64,000 bases of DNA, from the IMG/VR virus record IMGVR_UViG_2822507784_000003, positions 1 through 64,000 of that record; one strand, 5' to 3'. Made by a program: the position numbers and the translations under genes. Source of the stretch: an uncultured virus (IMG/VR IMGVR_UViG_2822507784_000003) (taxonomy: Duplodnaviria; Heunggongvirae; Uroviricota; Caudoviricetes). Of the stretch, positions 19,063 to 28,714 are shown piece after piece; within the stretch, counting starts at the first letter, position 1; each line of letters opens with the position of its first letter. The notes below the pieces were generated by a model that worked only from the letters and a program-made list of their open reading frames with translations, ran no database searches and was not told the origin of the DNA.

Positions 19063-19734
19063 TTACTTGCTACACATATTTACTTTTTCTTGGTACTTTA
19101 CAATACTTTCTTTTGTGGCCGGATTCTGTTCGGCATTTTTTAATTGTTCAAGAACATTTTTCGCGTCATCACAACTCATTTTTTCTCGTTCTTTATCCTC
19201 AAATGATTGTGCTTTCCTTTTTGCATACTCCAAACCTTCTCGTTCCTGGCGTTCTTCTTTTTCTTTAAGTTCTTTTTCAATCTTTCGCTCATTTTCCCAT
19301 TCTTTTTGAACGTGTTCACATGTTATTCCAACTTCTGGCGAACCGCAAAGTTCAGGTTCTTCTTTCTTTTGTTGCTTCACTTCACGTTGCTTTTGCGCTT
19401 GTGCTGCTTGTTGTTTACGGGCTTGTTCCTGCTCTTGACGTTGTTGTTCTTCTCTTTCTGCTTGTTCTTGCTTCGCTTTTTCTTCTGCCTGTCTTTGAGC
19501 TTCTGCTTCTTGTTTTGCTTTCTCTTCTTCCTCTTTTTTAACTTCTGCTTCTTGACGTTGCTGTTCTTCTTGCTTCGCCTTTTCTTCCGCCATCTTAGCT
19601 TTTTCTGCTTCTTTTTGTATTTTCTCTTCAGCTTTAGAGTCATTAGCTGTACTTGCGTTTTCGTTAGATGAGCATGCTGCCAATCCTATAATTAAAACGC
19701 AGCTTGTTAGTGCGAGTAATAGTTTATTGTTCAT
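19063..19734 (-). CDS. Lipoprotein with long charged stalk and Cys-containing C-terminal domain
   Basis: Lipobox LAAC; N-terminal half paralogous to 8614..8937. Confidence 0.85.
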   Translation of the reverse strand: MNNKLLLALTSCVLIIGLAACSSNENASTANDSKAEEKIQKEAEKAKMAEEKAKQEEQQRQEAEVKKEEEEKAKQEAEAQRQAEEKAKQEQAEREEQQRQEQEQARKQQAAQAQKQREVKQQKKEEPELCGSPEVGITCEHVQKEWENERKIEKELKEKEERQEREGLEYAKRKAQSFEDKEREKMSCDDAKNVLEQLKNAEQNPATKESIVKYQEKVNMCSK

Positions 19735-19756
19735 AATATGTATCCTCCGGTGTCTA

Positions 19757-19828
19757 AAATGTAAGATTACCTGAACTATGATAACAAACTATTAATCGTT
19801 ATATTGTCATATTATGTCGAAAATGTGC
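19757..19828 (-). promoter_or_regulatory. R2 promoter copy H
   Basis: TGTCGAA at 19815-19821; TATGACA-21bp-TATCAT. Confidence 0.75.
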
Positions 19829-19945
19829 AAAAAAAGACACCAAAAGGTGCCTTCCTCCGCTTGAACCACTTTAATTTTAATAATATGTATTAGACTCCCA
19901 TCCAACATTATATTACATTACGTTGCTAATGTTAGTTAATGAGTA
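19829..19945 (-). repeat. R1 copy 13 (full; no minus-strand gene directly upstream)
   Basis: AAAAAAAGACACCAAAAGGTGCCTTCCTCCGCTTGAACCACTTTAATTTTAATAATATGTATTAGACTCCCATCCAACATTAT. Confidence 0.85.
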
Positions 19946-20179
19946 AATCCCCCATTCTTCTCTATTAACCTTTACTTATAATTTTCATAATTCATTACGA
20001 TATAGATATTGTTTTAAATTGTTTTGGGCGGAATAAGTAACTAGGATTTTTAGGGATTCACACCCCGATACCTCCCTTGTTTTATAAATTAACATAATTT
20101 TTAAACACTAATGCTTCACATATTATTATTTGGTATATATTGGAATGTTCGTGGCCATATTGTTTATAACAATTGAAAA

Positions 20180-21313
20180 ATGGAAGGGAGAAAAATAATG
20201 CCAATTTCAAAATTTTCTATAGTTAAGGAGATAATGCCAGTATCTAATTTTTCTATAGTTAAAGTGTTACCGAATCTTGATATTGAAACAATCAGTGCTG
20301 CTATTGAAATCGACAAGCATTGGAAGAATTTAAAAGGAGCGCCCGGTAAAGCAGTTTCTAAAATTGAAAAAGTTGGGCATCCAAATAATACATCAGGAGA
20401 AGGGTATCGAATTAGATACAAATATGGTGCTATCTATTATAAAAAAGGGAAACAACCTGCGTGGGTATATGGAGATATTAATGCATACTATGAATCAACC
20501 AATAATGCTAATGGATGGTTAGGTTTCCCAACTTCAGATGAAGCACCGTTTGCACAAGAAGGAAGGGTAAGTACTTTTGAATTCGGCAATGTATATTGGT
20601 GGCCTGACACCGGAGCAATTGCTTTAAATGATGTTCAGGTTCATTATACAGGAATAGTGTGTTATGGTGAGGCTGACTGGGATCAAGCATCTACTGAGGA
20701 CGAGCCGTATGTAGTTTTAGGAGTAGTATCACCATCAAGTAATCTAACGTTTAGGAGCATAATTTATGATGATGTAGATGATGGAGAAGTAAGAACGGCA
20801 ACAAATCTACCTTATCCCTACCAATCTTTTAGCATAGAAAGTATGCCTTGGGTTGAAATATTCAGGGGTAAACCACTTGGTATGAATATTAGCACCTTAA
20901 TGATGGAACATGATTATGGTGACCCAGATATTTACTATCAAGCTGTTGAGTATGGTGTCCGTCTTGCAATGGAAAAGCTTGTCGATGAAATTAGACAAAG
21001 GGATTTATTTGGGAAAGGGGAGGCAATAGCTGATGTTGCTGAATTCATACTACCAGAAATCGTGCCACTTATCGCAGTAGAAATAAATAAGTTACTTGAT
21101 ACAGACGATGATGTTCTTGGACATGAAACTTTACAAATTACCGCAAAACAAATGATTGTACTCGCTGCACGAGCAATTGATTCAAATGCTCGTGGAATAC
21201 TTTATAAATTCGAATCAAAAATGTTTACCGGTGGTGGAGCACAATATAAAGTTTATTTTACTGTTCATCCTGTCGATGGACCGACGAATAGTGCACCAGT
21301 AATAGTAAAATAA
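20180..21313 (+). CDS. LGFP-repeat-containing protein
   Basis: VYGDINAYY..GWLGFPTSDE..GRVSTFEFGNVYW; start may be 20198. Confidence 0.65.
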   Translation: MEGRKIMPISKFSIVKEIMPVSNFSIVKVLPNLDIETISAAIEIDKHWKNLKGAPGKAVSKIEKVGHPNNTSGEGYRIRYKYGAIYYKKGKQPAWVYGDINAYYESTNNANGWLGFPTSDEAPFAQEGRVSTFEFGNVYWWPDTGAIALNDVQVHYTGIVCYGEADWDQASTEDEPYVVLGVVSPSSNLTFRSIIYDDVDDGEVRTATNLPYPYQSFSIESMPWVEIFRGKPLGMNISTLMMEHDYGDPDIYYQAVEYGVRLAMEKLVDEIRQRDLFGKGEAIADVAEFILPEIVPLIAVEINKLLDTDDDVLGHETLQITAKQMIVLAARAIDSNARGILYKFESKMFTGGGAQYKVYFTVHPVDGPTNSAPVIVK

Positions 21314-21680
21314 ATTTAATGTCAAGCAACTCCATAATACACTTAATATTATGTGCATTAACAATATAAATTAGTGTTCGACGGAAAATTTAAAATACAA
21401 GTTTTATTCAAATAAAATTAGTAACAAAAAAGGAAATCTTTTTTAGAGTTCCTTTTTTGTATTACATTTTATAAGTATTATAAAAGAAGAATCGAATTGA
21501 AGATTCTTCTTTTTATGTGTACTAAAAGGTACACCTTCCAAGCAATGGTGGAATTGTTTTTTTTATTTAACGTTTTACTAATCTCTTCAATTAGGCGTAC
21601 CGCCCACATTTTAACGGAAATATAGGATAAGCAAAATTAGAAATAAAAAAACGTTGGTTTTATTACTCCAAGCGAATCAT

Positions 21681-22796
21681 TTAATCTCTATCTTGGATAA
21701 TTTCGCTTTGCAAGCCAGTATTATTAATCACTGCACTGTTTGTATAAAATTTGTACTCTTTAAGTGAGGTAATGAGCTGTTCTAACAAAGATGGTATTTG
21801 TTGTAGGGAATCCTTAATCTCATCTGTTTTATCTTGCATTTTGTGCATTATATCAGAGTGCTGTTCAGCTATAGCATTACTTGCTGCTTGTAATGCTATT
21901 TCAAATTCTTCTGGTTGACCGGAATAATAACGATGGTCTTCGCCCGCAATTTCCAATATGTCTGGATTAAAACTAGCAAGAGCGGCAAGTTCCATTTTTA
22001 TAACTTCTAACTTTATTTTCAATTCATGAAGGGTTAATGCCGCTGCCAAATCGAGTGTGATACTTTCGTGTGATTCAATATTTTCTACGATGGAAAAAAC
22101 ATCTTCATGATATTGAATTATATCCTCCCAATCCTCTGCTTTTAGTAATGCATTATTACTAAGTACCTCAACATCCTCTAAACCAGGTCCAACCTCTGCA
22201 ACAGTATATAAGTTACCTTCAAATTCTTGGACGATTCGTTTACATTCCTGCAACCAATAAAGAAGCCCTTCTTGATGCAGATAATAAAATGATGAACTGT
22301 ATGGTGTTGAAGCATCAAGTATTTCTTCTACCATTTGTTCACGAATCTGCAAAATGACATCTGAATCTCTGATAATGATGCCACTTTCAAAATTGTTTCT
22401 ACTTTCATCCGAGAAGTTTTGTGAACCAATATATGCAATATTCTCAGTCATAATAATTTTGGCATGGTTTTCTTCGTTAAAGTAAGTACTGAGGTGACAC
22501 GAAAATTTACTTGGATCCAGTCTTGAACAATATTGTTCAATTTGAGTAAGGGCTTTTTTTTTCGCATCATAAGTAGTGTAATAGTTCCAACGACTTGGAA
22601 TTTTAGTGATAACTGTGACGTCTTTATCATCAGACAATTGATGTAGTTTGTCTAATAAATCGTTTTTATGAGGTGAGATATTATACGTGATGATTGTAAT
22701 GGAAGAAGCATTTTGGAAGTCCTCAATAACTTCTGCATAACCATTTTCGTCTTTGCTTAATACTAGTTCACCGTTAACATCGGGTATTGTATTCAT
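21681..22796 (-). CDS. Phospholipase D-superfamily (single HKD) nuclease-like protein with helical C-terminus
   Basis: HAKIIMTE..AYIGSQNFS..N.ESGIII; RBS AAGGAGG. Confidence 0.8.
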   Translation of the reverse strand: MNTIPDVNGELVLSKDENGYAEVIEDFQNASSITIITYNISPHKNDLLDKLHQLSDDKDVTVITKIPSRWNYYTTYDAKKKALTQIEQYCSRLDPSKFSCHLSTYFNEENHAKIIMTENIAYIGSQNFSDESRNNFESGIIIRDSDVILQIREQMVEEILDASTPYSSSFYYLHQEGLLYWLQECKRIVQEFEGNLYTVAEVGPGLEDVEVLSNNALLKAEDWEDIIQYHEDVFSIVENIESHESITLDLAAALTLHELKIKLEVIKMELAALASFNPDILEIAGEDHRYYSGQPEEFEIALQAASNAIAEQHSDIMHKMQDKTDEIKDSLQQIPSLLEQLITSLKEYKFYTNSAVINNTGLQSEIIQDRD

Positions 22797-23310
22797 GCTG
22801 TTCCTCCTTGTATGTATTTTACATAAATGTTAACATCTTTGACTAAATTTGACCAATTGTTTGACTGTACATTTAAAATGACTTATAAAATGTGATATTT
22901 CGGTTCACTCGACAACCATCATGCATTGGGTACGCCATATAGATATGCACTATTGCATATCTTTTCAGTAAAGTGCGAGAAAGCATTGATATACAGCTAT
23001 TTTCAAACTTTCTCAACATTTTTCTGATAACCACACGACTGAATTTTGGCAAAAATATGATATTATGAAAATAATAAAATAAACGGAACGAAAAAAAGAC
23101 TCACAGCGTGTGTAAGTAGTGTTCGCACCACTCTTATACCGTTCGCCCGACTCACCAGGGGAACATCTGCCATAAGTCTCTTTTCGGTCACTTCATGAGT
23201 AACAATTACATTATAACATGCCGATATTACTAAAGCATTACTGTGGTATGAATTTCCTGTTTATAATTTGAGGAAAATAGCGAAGCGTCTTTGTTCCAAA
23301 AGGAGCAAAT

Positions 23311-24540
23311 TTGATGGATCAGACACTTATACAAAAAAAAGAAGAGTTAAAAAGAAAAGCATTAATGAAATTCTTAAGTAGCATTATCGATGAAATTGAT
23401 TTTCAAAGAAGGAATCAAGAAGACATCGCAAAAGAATTAGGTATTTCAGGAGGGGCACTCTCGAAAAACTTATCAGGTAAAAGTCAATTTAATTTTTGGA
23501 ATATGATTAAGTTACTTAATATCTTGTACGATGACAATGTTTTAAAGAAAAAAGAGATGATGCATAAGTTTTGCTCGGTTACAAAGAGCAAAAAAAATTT
23601 GAGAATTGCAATGGAATATGCAAATTCAAAAGGTGACTTAGAATTATTAAAATTAATTGTAGATATAGAAAAAACGTCCTCGTTGGCGATGAATAGAGAA
23701 TGGGCTTATGTATACGAATTGGTATGGATGCGAAGTAAAGGTGTCGTTAGTGGTAAAAATTTATTAGAGAAATTAGAAGATCGTAAGAAAAGTAAGGTAA
23801 TTAAGACACAAGAAATGAAGGTTTTATACGGAATACTAACTTTTTATACGATGTATGATTTAGAGAAATTCAATTCATTGTTCGAATACGCTGAAGTATT
23901 ACTGCCTAAAGTCGAAGAAATTCAAGATGCTTTTATTAGAACAGCATATGCGGGAAGAATTAAAGAAGGCTTATCTTACGCCTATTTAATGCAAGATAAT
24001 GTTGATAGATCAAGAGAATTGTGTCATGAAATTATGCATTTAAAAGATGATAAAAATTGTTTTTCTCTTTTAAGGGTGTCAGCTTTGGTATACCTTGCAG
24101 AATCTTATACTTTCGAAAGTTATGAAAGAGCTTCTTGGTACATCAATAAATCGTTAGAAATGTTAGGTGCATGCCATTTTGAGAGAGCGATTAAAAGAAA
24201 AGAAAATGTTATGAATACTTTGGCTTTTATTAAGCTTGTCTATAATAAAGGACTGGAGGAAATCGAAATATATAACGTATGTGAAGAAGCTTTTTATCAA
24301 GTGTTAATCGGTCGTTCTGATGTGGCGGTGAAACTTTTAAAGGAAATTGAAAGAAAAGATGAGAAGTTGAGTCCTATGAAAAAATGCATATTAGGATATG
24401 CGTTGAAAGACATTGATTTATTAAAAGAATCATTAGTAGATTTCGAGTGTGCAGGTAATAGGTTTTATAGCAAATTACCTAGAAAAATGTTGGTAGAATT
24501 TAATGAAATTGGTATAATATATAAGGGTGATGCTAAATGA
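23311..24540 (+). CDS. aimR: AimR-family arbitrium receptor (HTH + TPR, RRNPP)
   Basis: N-terminal HTH (QEDIAKELGISGGALSKNLSGK), TPR-like helices, followed by a secreted peptide gene. Confidence 0.85.
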   Translation: MMDQTLIQKKEELKRKALMKFLSSIIDEIDFQRRNQEDIAKELGISGGALSKNLSGKSQFNFWNMIKLLNILYDDNVLKKKEMMHKFCSVTKSKKNLRIAMEYANSKGDLELLKLIVDIEKTSSLAMNREWAYVYELVWMRSKGVVSGKNLLEKLEDRKKSKVIKTQEMKVLYGILTFYTMYDLEKFNSLFEYAEVLLPKVEEIQDAFIRTAYAGRIKEGLSYAYLMQDNVDRSRELCHEIMHLKDDKNCFSLLRVSALVYLAESYTFESYERASWYINKSLEMLGACHFERAIKRKENVMNTLAFIKLVYNKGLEEIEIYNVCEEAFYQVLIGRSDVAVKLLKEIERKDEKLSPMKKCILGYALKDIDLLKESLVDFECAGNRFYSKLPRKMLVEFNEIGIIYKGDAK

Positions 24541-24695
24541 AAAAAGTGTTAGCTATAGTAGCAACAGTTGCCTTAGTCGGGGTACTATACATAACTCCTG
24601 CTAAAGAGCAGAAAGAACAGTCAGCGCAAACAGCAAAGGTTGTTCAGGAAAATACGTATAGAATGATGGTTGATCCTGGAGGCGGAATGGGCTAA
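24537..24695 (+). CDS. aimP: Arbitrium pro-peptide (52 aa, not in ORF track)
   Basis: MKKVLAIVATVALVGVLYITPAKEQKEQSAQTAKVVQENTYRMMVDPGGGMG; ATGA overlap with aimR stop; internal TGGTATAAT at ~24510. Confidence 0.9.
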   Translation: MKKVLAIVATVALVGVLYITPAKEQKEQSAQTAKVVQENTYRMMVDPGGGMG

Positions 24696-24730
24696 TATCC
24701 CGTTCCCAAAGGATACGATATAAATATTAT

Positions 24731-24764
24731 GAATGCGATTGTCTCAATAGAGGCAATCGCATTC
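24731..24764 (+). terminator. Hairpin after aimP
   Basis: GAATGCGATTGTCTC-AATA-GAGGCAATCGCATTC. Confidence 0.7.
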
Positions 24765-24863
24765 GCTGTTTCTAGGGATATTTCCTAAATATCGGATTTA
24801 ATATTCAAGAAAAAATTGTGAAATATTCACAATTCACTATAAAGCTATTGGAGGATGTCGGGG

Positions 24864-24995
24864 ATGACAAGAGATGAGGTTTTAAAGGAATTTTTATTGC
24901 AAGCTGCTGAATTATCTAATAACGATGAGCAAACAATTGATTCATATATTGAAATGTTGTTTAATACAGAACAAAAAAATAGCCACGCCTCGTAA
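24864..24995 (+). CDS. AimX-position small ORF (43 aa), convergent on the repressor
   Basis: GGAGG RBS; MTRDEVLKEFLLQAAELSNNDEQTIDSYIEMLFNTEQKNSHAS; ends in a hairpin shared with the cI 3' end. Confidence 0.6.
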   Translation: MTRDEVLKEFLLQAAELSNNDEQTIDSYIEMLFNTEQKNSHAS

Positions 24996-25004
24996 TAGGG
25001 TTGG

Positions 25005-25361
25005 CTATTTTTCCGGCTGGTTATTTAATTTTTCGAACTCTGCCATTAAATTCTCTGCTTGTTTCATAATCATTTCACGTTGGGATTCAGGAAGGTTAGC
25101 TAATCGCTCTTTCATCGCCCTGAATTTTACGTCTAACATTTCGTTTAGTTTTTCTTCTGCACTTCGCCCTAACAAGAAATCTGTAGTTACATTAAATACT
25201 TCTGCGATTTTTGCAGTTACTTCTCTTGAAGGTTGCTTCTTTCCAGATTCGACTTTTGAAATGAAAGATTCACTAACATCTACTTTTTCTCCTAATTCTT
25301 TCTGAGACCATTTTCTCTCTTTCCTTAGTTCTTTTATCCTAATGGATAGTATAGGTAACAT
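25005..25361 (-). CDS. CI-like XRE repressor
   Basis: HTH_3 (WSQKELGEKVDVSESFISKVESG); divergent from a Cro-like gene. Confidence 0.85.
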   Translation of the reverse strand: MLPILSIRIKELRKERKWSQKELGEKVDVSESFISKVESGKKQPSREVTAKIAEVFNVTTDFLLGRSAEEKLNEMLDVKFRAMKERLANLPESQREMIMKQAENLMAEFEKLNNQPEK

Positions 25362-25447
25362 GATTTTATTCCCCTTTAATAACTGTTTTATATGAAATTT
25401 TAATGGTTTTGTTTTACATTGACTATAGTATATATTCTACATAAGAC

Positions 25448-25527
25448 TTGACCACTAGTCCATTTCTTGTTTTGAAAAATAAATTTTTAAATAAATAATT
25501 GACCTAGGGTCAAGTTTTGTGTACAAT
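25448..25527 (+). promoter_or_regulatory. Lytic sigA promoter overlapped by TTGACC-N3-GGTCAA operators
   Basis: TTGACC(25499)-17bp-TACAAT(25522); perfect palindrome 25499-25513; imperfect copy 25448-25462; more copies at 25773 and 25804. Confidence 0.75.
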
Positions 25528-25544
25528 GAAAATGTAATCGAGAG

Positions 25545-25748
25545 GTGAAGCCGATGAAAATAAAAGGGAGTTACATAAAAGAACTTCGTATGAGTAAAAA
25601 ACTTACACAAAAACAACTCGCTGAACTATCACAAATCAGTGAGAGCATGGTTTCGAAGATAGAATTAGGTGTTAAATCAACTAAGATTGAAACATTAAAA
25701 AAAATAGCCAATGCTTTATCAACAACAATGGATGACTTAGTAGGATGA
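25545..25748 (+). CDS. Cro-like XRE HTH protein
   Basis: LTQKQLAELSQISESMVSKIELG; start could be 25554. Confidence 0.85.
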   Translation: MKPMKIKGSYIKELRMSKKLTQKQLAELSQISESMVSKIELGVKSTKIETLKKIANALSTTMDDLVG

Positions 25749-25835
25749 GGTCATTTTTAAAACAGTATTAACTTGACCTTGGGTCACATTAATTGAGGTT
25801 AACTTGACCATTAAATAATAAAGGTGGCGGTTTAA

Positions 25836-26259
25836 ATGATGGAAGAAAGCATATTCTCACATTTAATGATTCTGGTGGCAGTTATCGGTCTGGCGGGATT
25901 CATTCAGTTGATGGAACTTATAAACAAACGTTTGATGAAGGATGAAAAGTGATGGATAGACAGCAGCGTGAAAAAGAAGAAACAGCAAACATCATCAAAA
26001 TGATACGAGATTTAAGAGCTAGAGGAATACATAACAGCGCAGATAAAGTTGAGGAAATGCATAAGGAGTTTATCACTCTAGCTAAATAGAGAGGGGAATA
26101 AAGATGTTGAAATGGTTAAAAACAATATTTTTAAAAAAATGCCCACCTTGCATTGTTTGTGAGGAAAATGAAGGTGAGCTTCAATTAAACGAAACTGATT
26201 GGATTTGTGAAAAATGTGCTCAAATTATGAGCGATCTAGGTAATGAAATTAATAACTAG
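25836..26259 (+). CDS. Three small early ORFs (25836-25952, 25952-26089, 26104-26259 with CxxC..CxxC)
   Basis: Read manually; coupled starts/RBS; not in ORF track. Confidence 0.5.
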
Positions 26260-26264
26260 TACTT

Positions 26265-26873
26265 TTACATCTTGTTCCATATGTAACAAAGCTGGTTAGC
26301 TTCTGACTCAAGCGCTATTAAATAGTCATTATTAATAGAATTATTTGTATATGTTTTGTTCTTTTGGATGTTAAGGACTGTGTAATTTACACTTTCATGA
26401 TCGATTGAGAATGTTGATTCGTTTAGTAATGTCAGTGTTGAGTTGATGTTGTATCTATCAATTCGTTCCTTTTTTCCTTTGAAGTACAGTTTGATAAGAT
26501 GCGGCTCATCGTTGATAAGCAATCCAAGTTCAGGAGATGAGCGAACGACTAAATCATCTGATATCCAGTTTGATTTACCAGGATCGAACCAAGTGATATC
26601 TTTGTTCTTTATAAATTTTTTGTACTGTTTGATTACATCTATATAGTTCTGTTTTTTCCTTTGATCAACAGTTTGTACTAATGTTTCGAAACATTCAAAA
26701 GGTAAATCTTTTTGATGAAATTTAATAATTGTGTCCCGTAATTGCTTCCAGAAATCGAAAGCGGGGTGATAATCAGGTTGAGATTTTAGATTTTTTACAA
26801 AGTTAGTTTTAGCTGCACTACCTTTCAGTGTGAAGTCTAAAAATTGTGTGAGTCCTACTTTAACTTCTGCCAT
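26265..26873 (-). CDS. Hypothetical protein, moron inserted against the early operon
   Basis: 202 aa; RBS AAGGAGG; opposite strand to its neighbours. Confidence 0.75.
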   Translation of the reverse strand: MAEVKVGLTQFLDFTLKGSAAKTNFVKNLKSQPDYHPAFDFWKQLRDTIIKFHQKDLPFECFETLVQTVDQRKKQNYIDVIKQYKKFIKNKDITWFDPGKSNWISDDLVVRSSPELGLLINDEPHLIKLYFKGKKERIDRYNINSTLTLLNESTFSIDHESVNYTVLNIQKNKTYTNNSINNDYLIALESEANQLCYIWNKM

Positions 26874-27256
26874 GTTGCACCTCCTTTTGTCTAACTAATT
26901 CGACAAAAAGGAAGGAAATCCTACAAGGATAAGACAAGCTCTTCTTTATTTGAATATTCAGCAATCTAACGATATCCCCCACCTAGTAAATGGGTTCCTG
27001 GATATTCCGATGTGTGAAAGCATCAGAAAGGGTGAGAACAATGCATCCGCTAGATAAAAACTAGCAAAATAAAAAGCCCGTACAGAAGCACAGGCTAGTT
27101 GTTACACATATCGGTAACTAAATTTTAACAAACTTTCAGAAAGTTAGCTATTGAAAATAAAAAATGCTCGATGGCAACGAGCACTGTAGAGAAAACATTC
27201 CCTAAAATTAGCTATCTCTATTATACCATAAGTTTTCCCTCAATAAATAAGGAGGA

Positions 27257-27466
27257 ATGCAAAAAATGATTGAAAATCCGATTACTTACGGCAATCATCA
27301 CGATTCATCAGCAAGAGACTTCATGGATTACTGCCAAGGATGTGGCGGAGAAATCTTCTACGGGGAAGGATACCTTGATTTTAGTGGTGATCCAATCCAT
27401 GCAGAATCTGAATGCATCAAACAGTACGTTGAGGAACATTCCATGAAGAAAGTAGCAGGTGAATGA
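27257..27466 (+). CDS. Small phage Zn-finger-like protein
   Basis: CQGCGGEI..H..EC. Confidence 0.65.
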   Translation: MQKMIENPITYGNHHDSSARDFMDYCQGCGGEIFYGEGYLDFSGDPIHAESECIKQYVEEHSMKKVAGE

Positions 27467-27659
27467 AATGGATATGAACATACATCACAAATTTGAATTA
27501 GAAAAACGAATTTTCAATAGATTGATTGAGCATAACAGGCAAAACGCTGAACCTCATTCAAAGGCTGTCATTTTAGCGTATGAGCATGGTTTACAAGTTT
27601 TAGAGGATATGTACAAAACTAGCAAACAAGAAGTGGTAAATGAAACATCGCCATTTTAA
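27459..27659 (+). CDS. Hypothetical phage protein
   Basis: Overlaps the previous stop; operon context. Confidence 0.6.
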   Translation: MNEMDMNIHHKFELEKRIFNRLIEHNRQNAEPHSKAVILAYEHGLQVLEDMYKTSKQEVVNETSPF

Positions 27660-27676
27660 AAGAGAGGGAGATTCTT

Positions 27677-28300
27677 ATGACAACTGAAAATTACTTTTCT
27701 AAATTAGCTCAAATAGATTGCTCGGAACATGTTGAAAAGAAAGGTCGCTTTAGCTATTTATCGTGGGCGTGGGCGGTTAAAAAGCTTCGTGAAGTAGATC
27801 CGACGGCAACATGGGAAGTAAAGCGATTCGATGGAGTACCTTACCTTAAAACGGATTGCGGTTACTTTGTAGAAGTTGAGGTAACTGTACAGGGATTACC
27901 GCTTAGTCAGATTCATCCGATACTTAACAACCAAAATAAGCCGATTGCTGAGCCTAACAGCTTTGACATTAACACAAGTATCCAACGTTGCTTAGTAAAA
28001 GCTATAGCACTTCACGGATTGGGATTATATATCTATGCGGGCGAAGACTTGCCAGAAATGCACGAAGAAATGGTTACTGCTCAACAGGTTGGTGCAATCA
28101 AATTAAACATAAAAAAACTAGTTACTCTTCGGAAAGTAGACGAAGACACGATTAAAGGTCATTTAAGTATCAAAGAAGTTGCTGAATTAACGTTAAAGCA
28201 AGCTGAAGAGGTACTTAAAAAATCAACGGATTGGGTTAAAAACGCTGAAAAAGAAGCAGCGGAAGCTAAAGAAAAAGAAATGGTAGATCAAACAAATTAA
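27677..28300 (+). CDS. DUF1071/Sak (Rad52-like) single-strand annealing protein
   Basis: VEKKGRFSYLSWAWA..FDINTSIQRCLVKAIALHGLGLYIYAGEDLP. Confidence 0.85.
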   Translation: MTTENYFSKLAQIDCSEHVEKKGRFSYLSWAWAVKKLREVDPTATWEVKRFDGVPYLKTDCGYFVEVEVTVQGLPLSQIHPILNNQNKPIAEPNSFDINTSIQRCLVKAIALHGLGLYIYAGEDLPEMHEEMVTAQQVGAIKLNIKKLVTLRKVDEDTIKGHLSIKEVAELTLKQAEEVLKKSTDWVKNAEKEAAEAKEKEMVDQTN

Positions 28301-28313
28301 GGAGTGAAAACCT

Positions 28314-28490
28314 ATGTTAGATAAAAATCAATCTAAAGTCGTCCTTCCGGCGTGGGTGTGGAAGGGCGCGCGAAATGAAAAAGAAGCGAAAGAAAAGGCG
28401 ATTGAGTACATCACTCCTGATCGCTATCCAGGATATAAAATAATCAAAATTCAAGGCGACATAGCGGTATGCGAAAGGGAGATGGTTTGA
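28314..28490 (+). CDS. Small hypothetical phage protein (58 aa)
   Basis: RBS AAGGAG; MLDKNQSKVVLPAWVWKG..; read manually. Confidence 0.6.
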   Translation: MLDKNQSKVVLPAWVWKGARNEKEAKEKAIEYITPDRYPGYKIIKIQGDIAVCEREMV

Positions 28491-28714
28491 TGTTTAAAGT
28501 TCCTGTTAGAAGACAAACTCAAATTGAAATGTTAATAGCTACAAACGATTTGATTGAACGAGGATTTGATTTCCTAACACCAATCAAACCGGTATATAAG
28601 AACGGTAAGTTCTATGAGCAAAGCGGCAGAAGTTTTCAAGGGAAACATGAATTTAGGGCAATCGGCTACACGGATAATGTCAGCTACGAATGTTGGATGA
28701 AGAAGGTGAACTAA
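28490..28714 (+). CDS. Hypothetical phage protein
   Basis: Coupled start MFKVPVRR. Confidence 0.6.
   Translation: MFKVPVRRQTQIEMLIATNDLIERGFDFLTPIKPVYKNGKFYEQSGRSFQGKHEFRAIGYTDNVSYECWMKKVN

Noticed and set aside
18839..19309. ORFs 18839..19051, 18869..19309, 16074..16289 and 5755..5940
   Set aside because: They run through R1/R3 repeats or terminators and lack RBSs; likely spurious.
24925..25305. 126-aa ORF antisense to cI
   Set aside because: Shadow of the repressor gene; any function here is more plausibly the aimX RNA or the 43-aa ORF.
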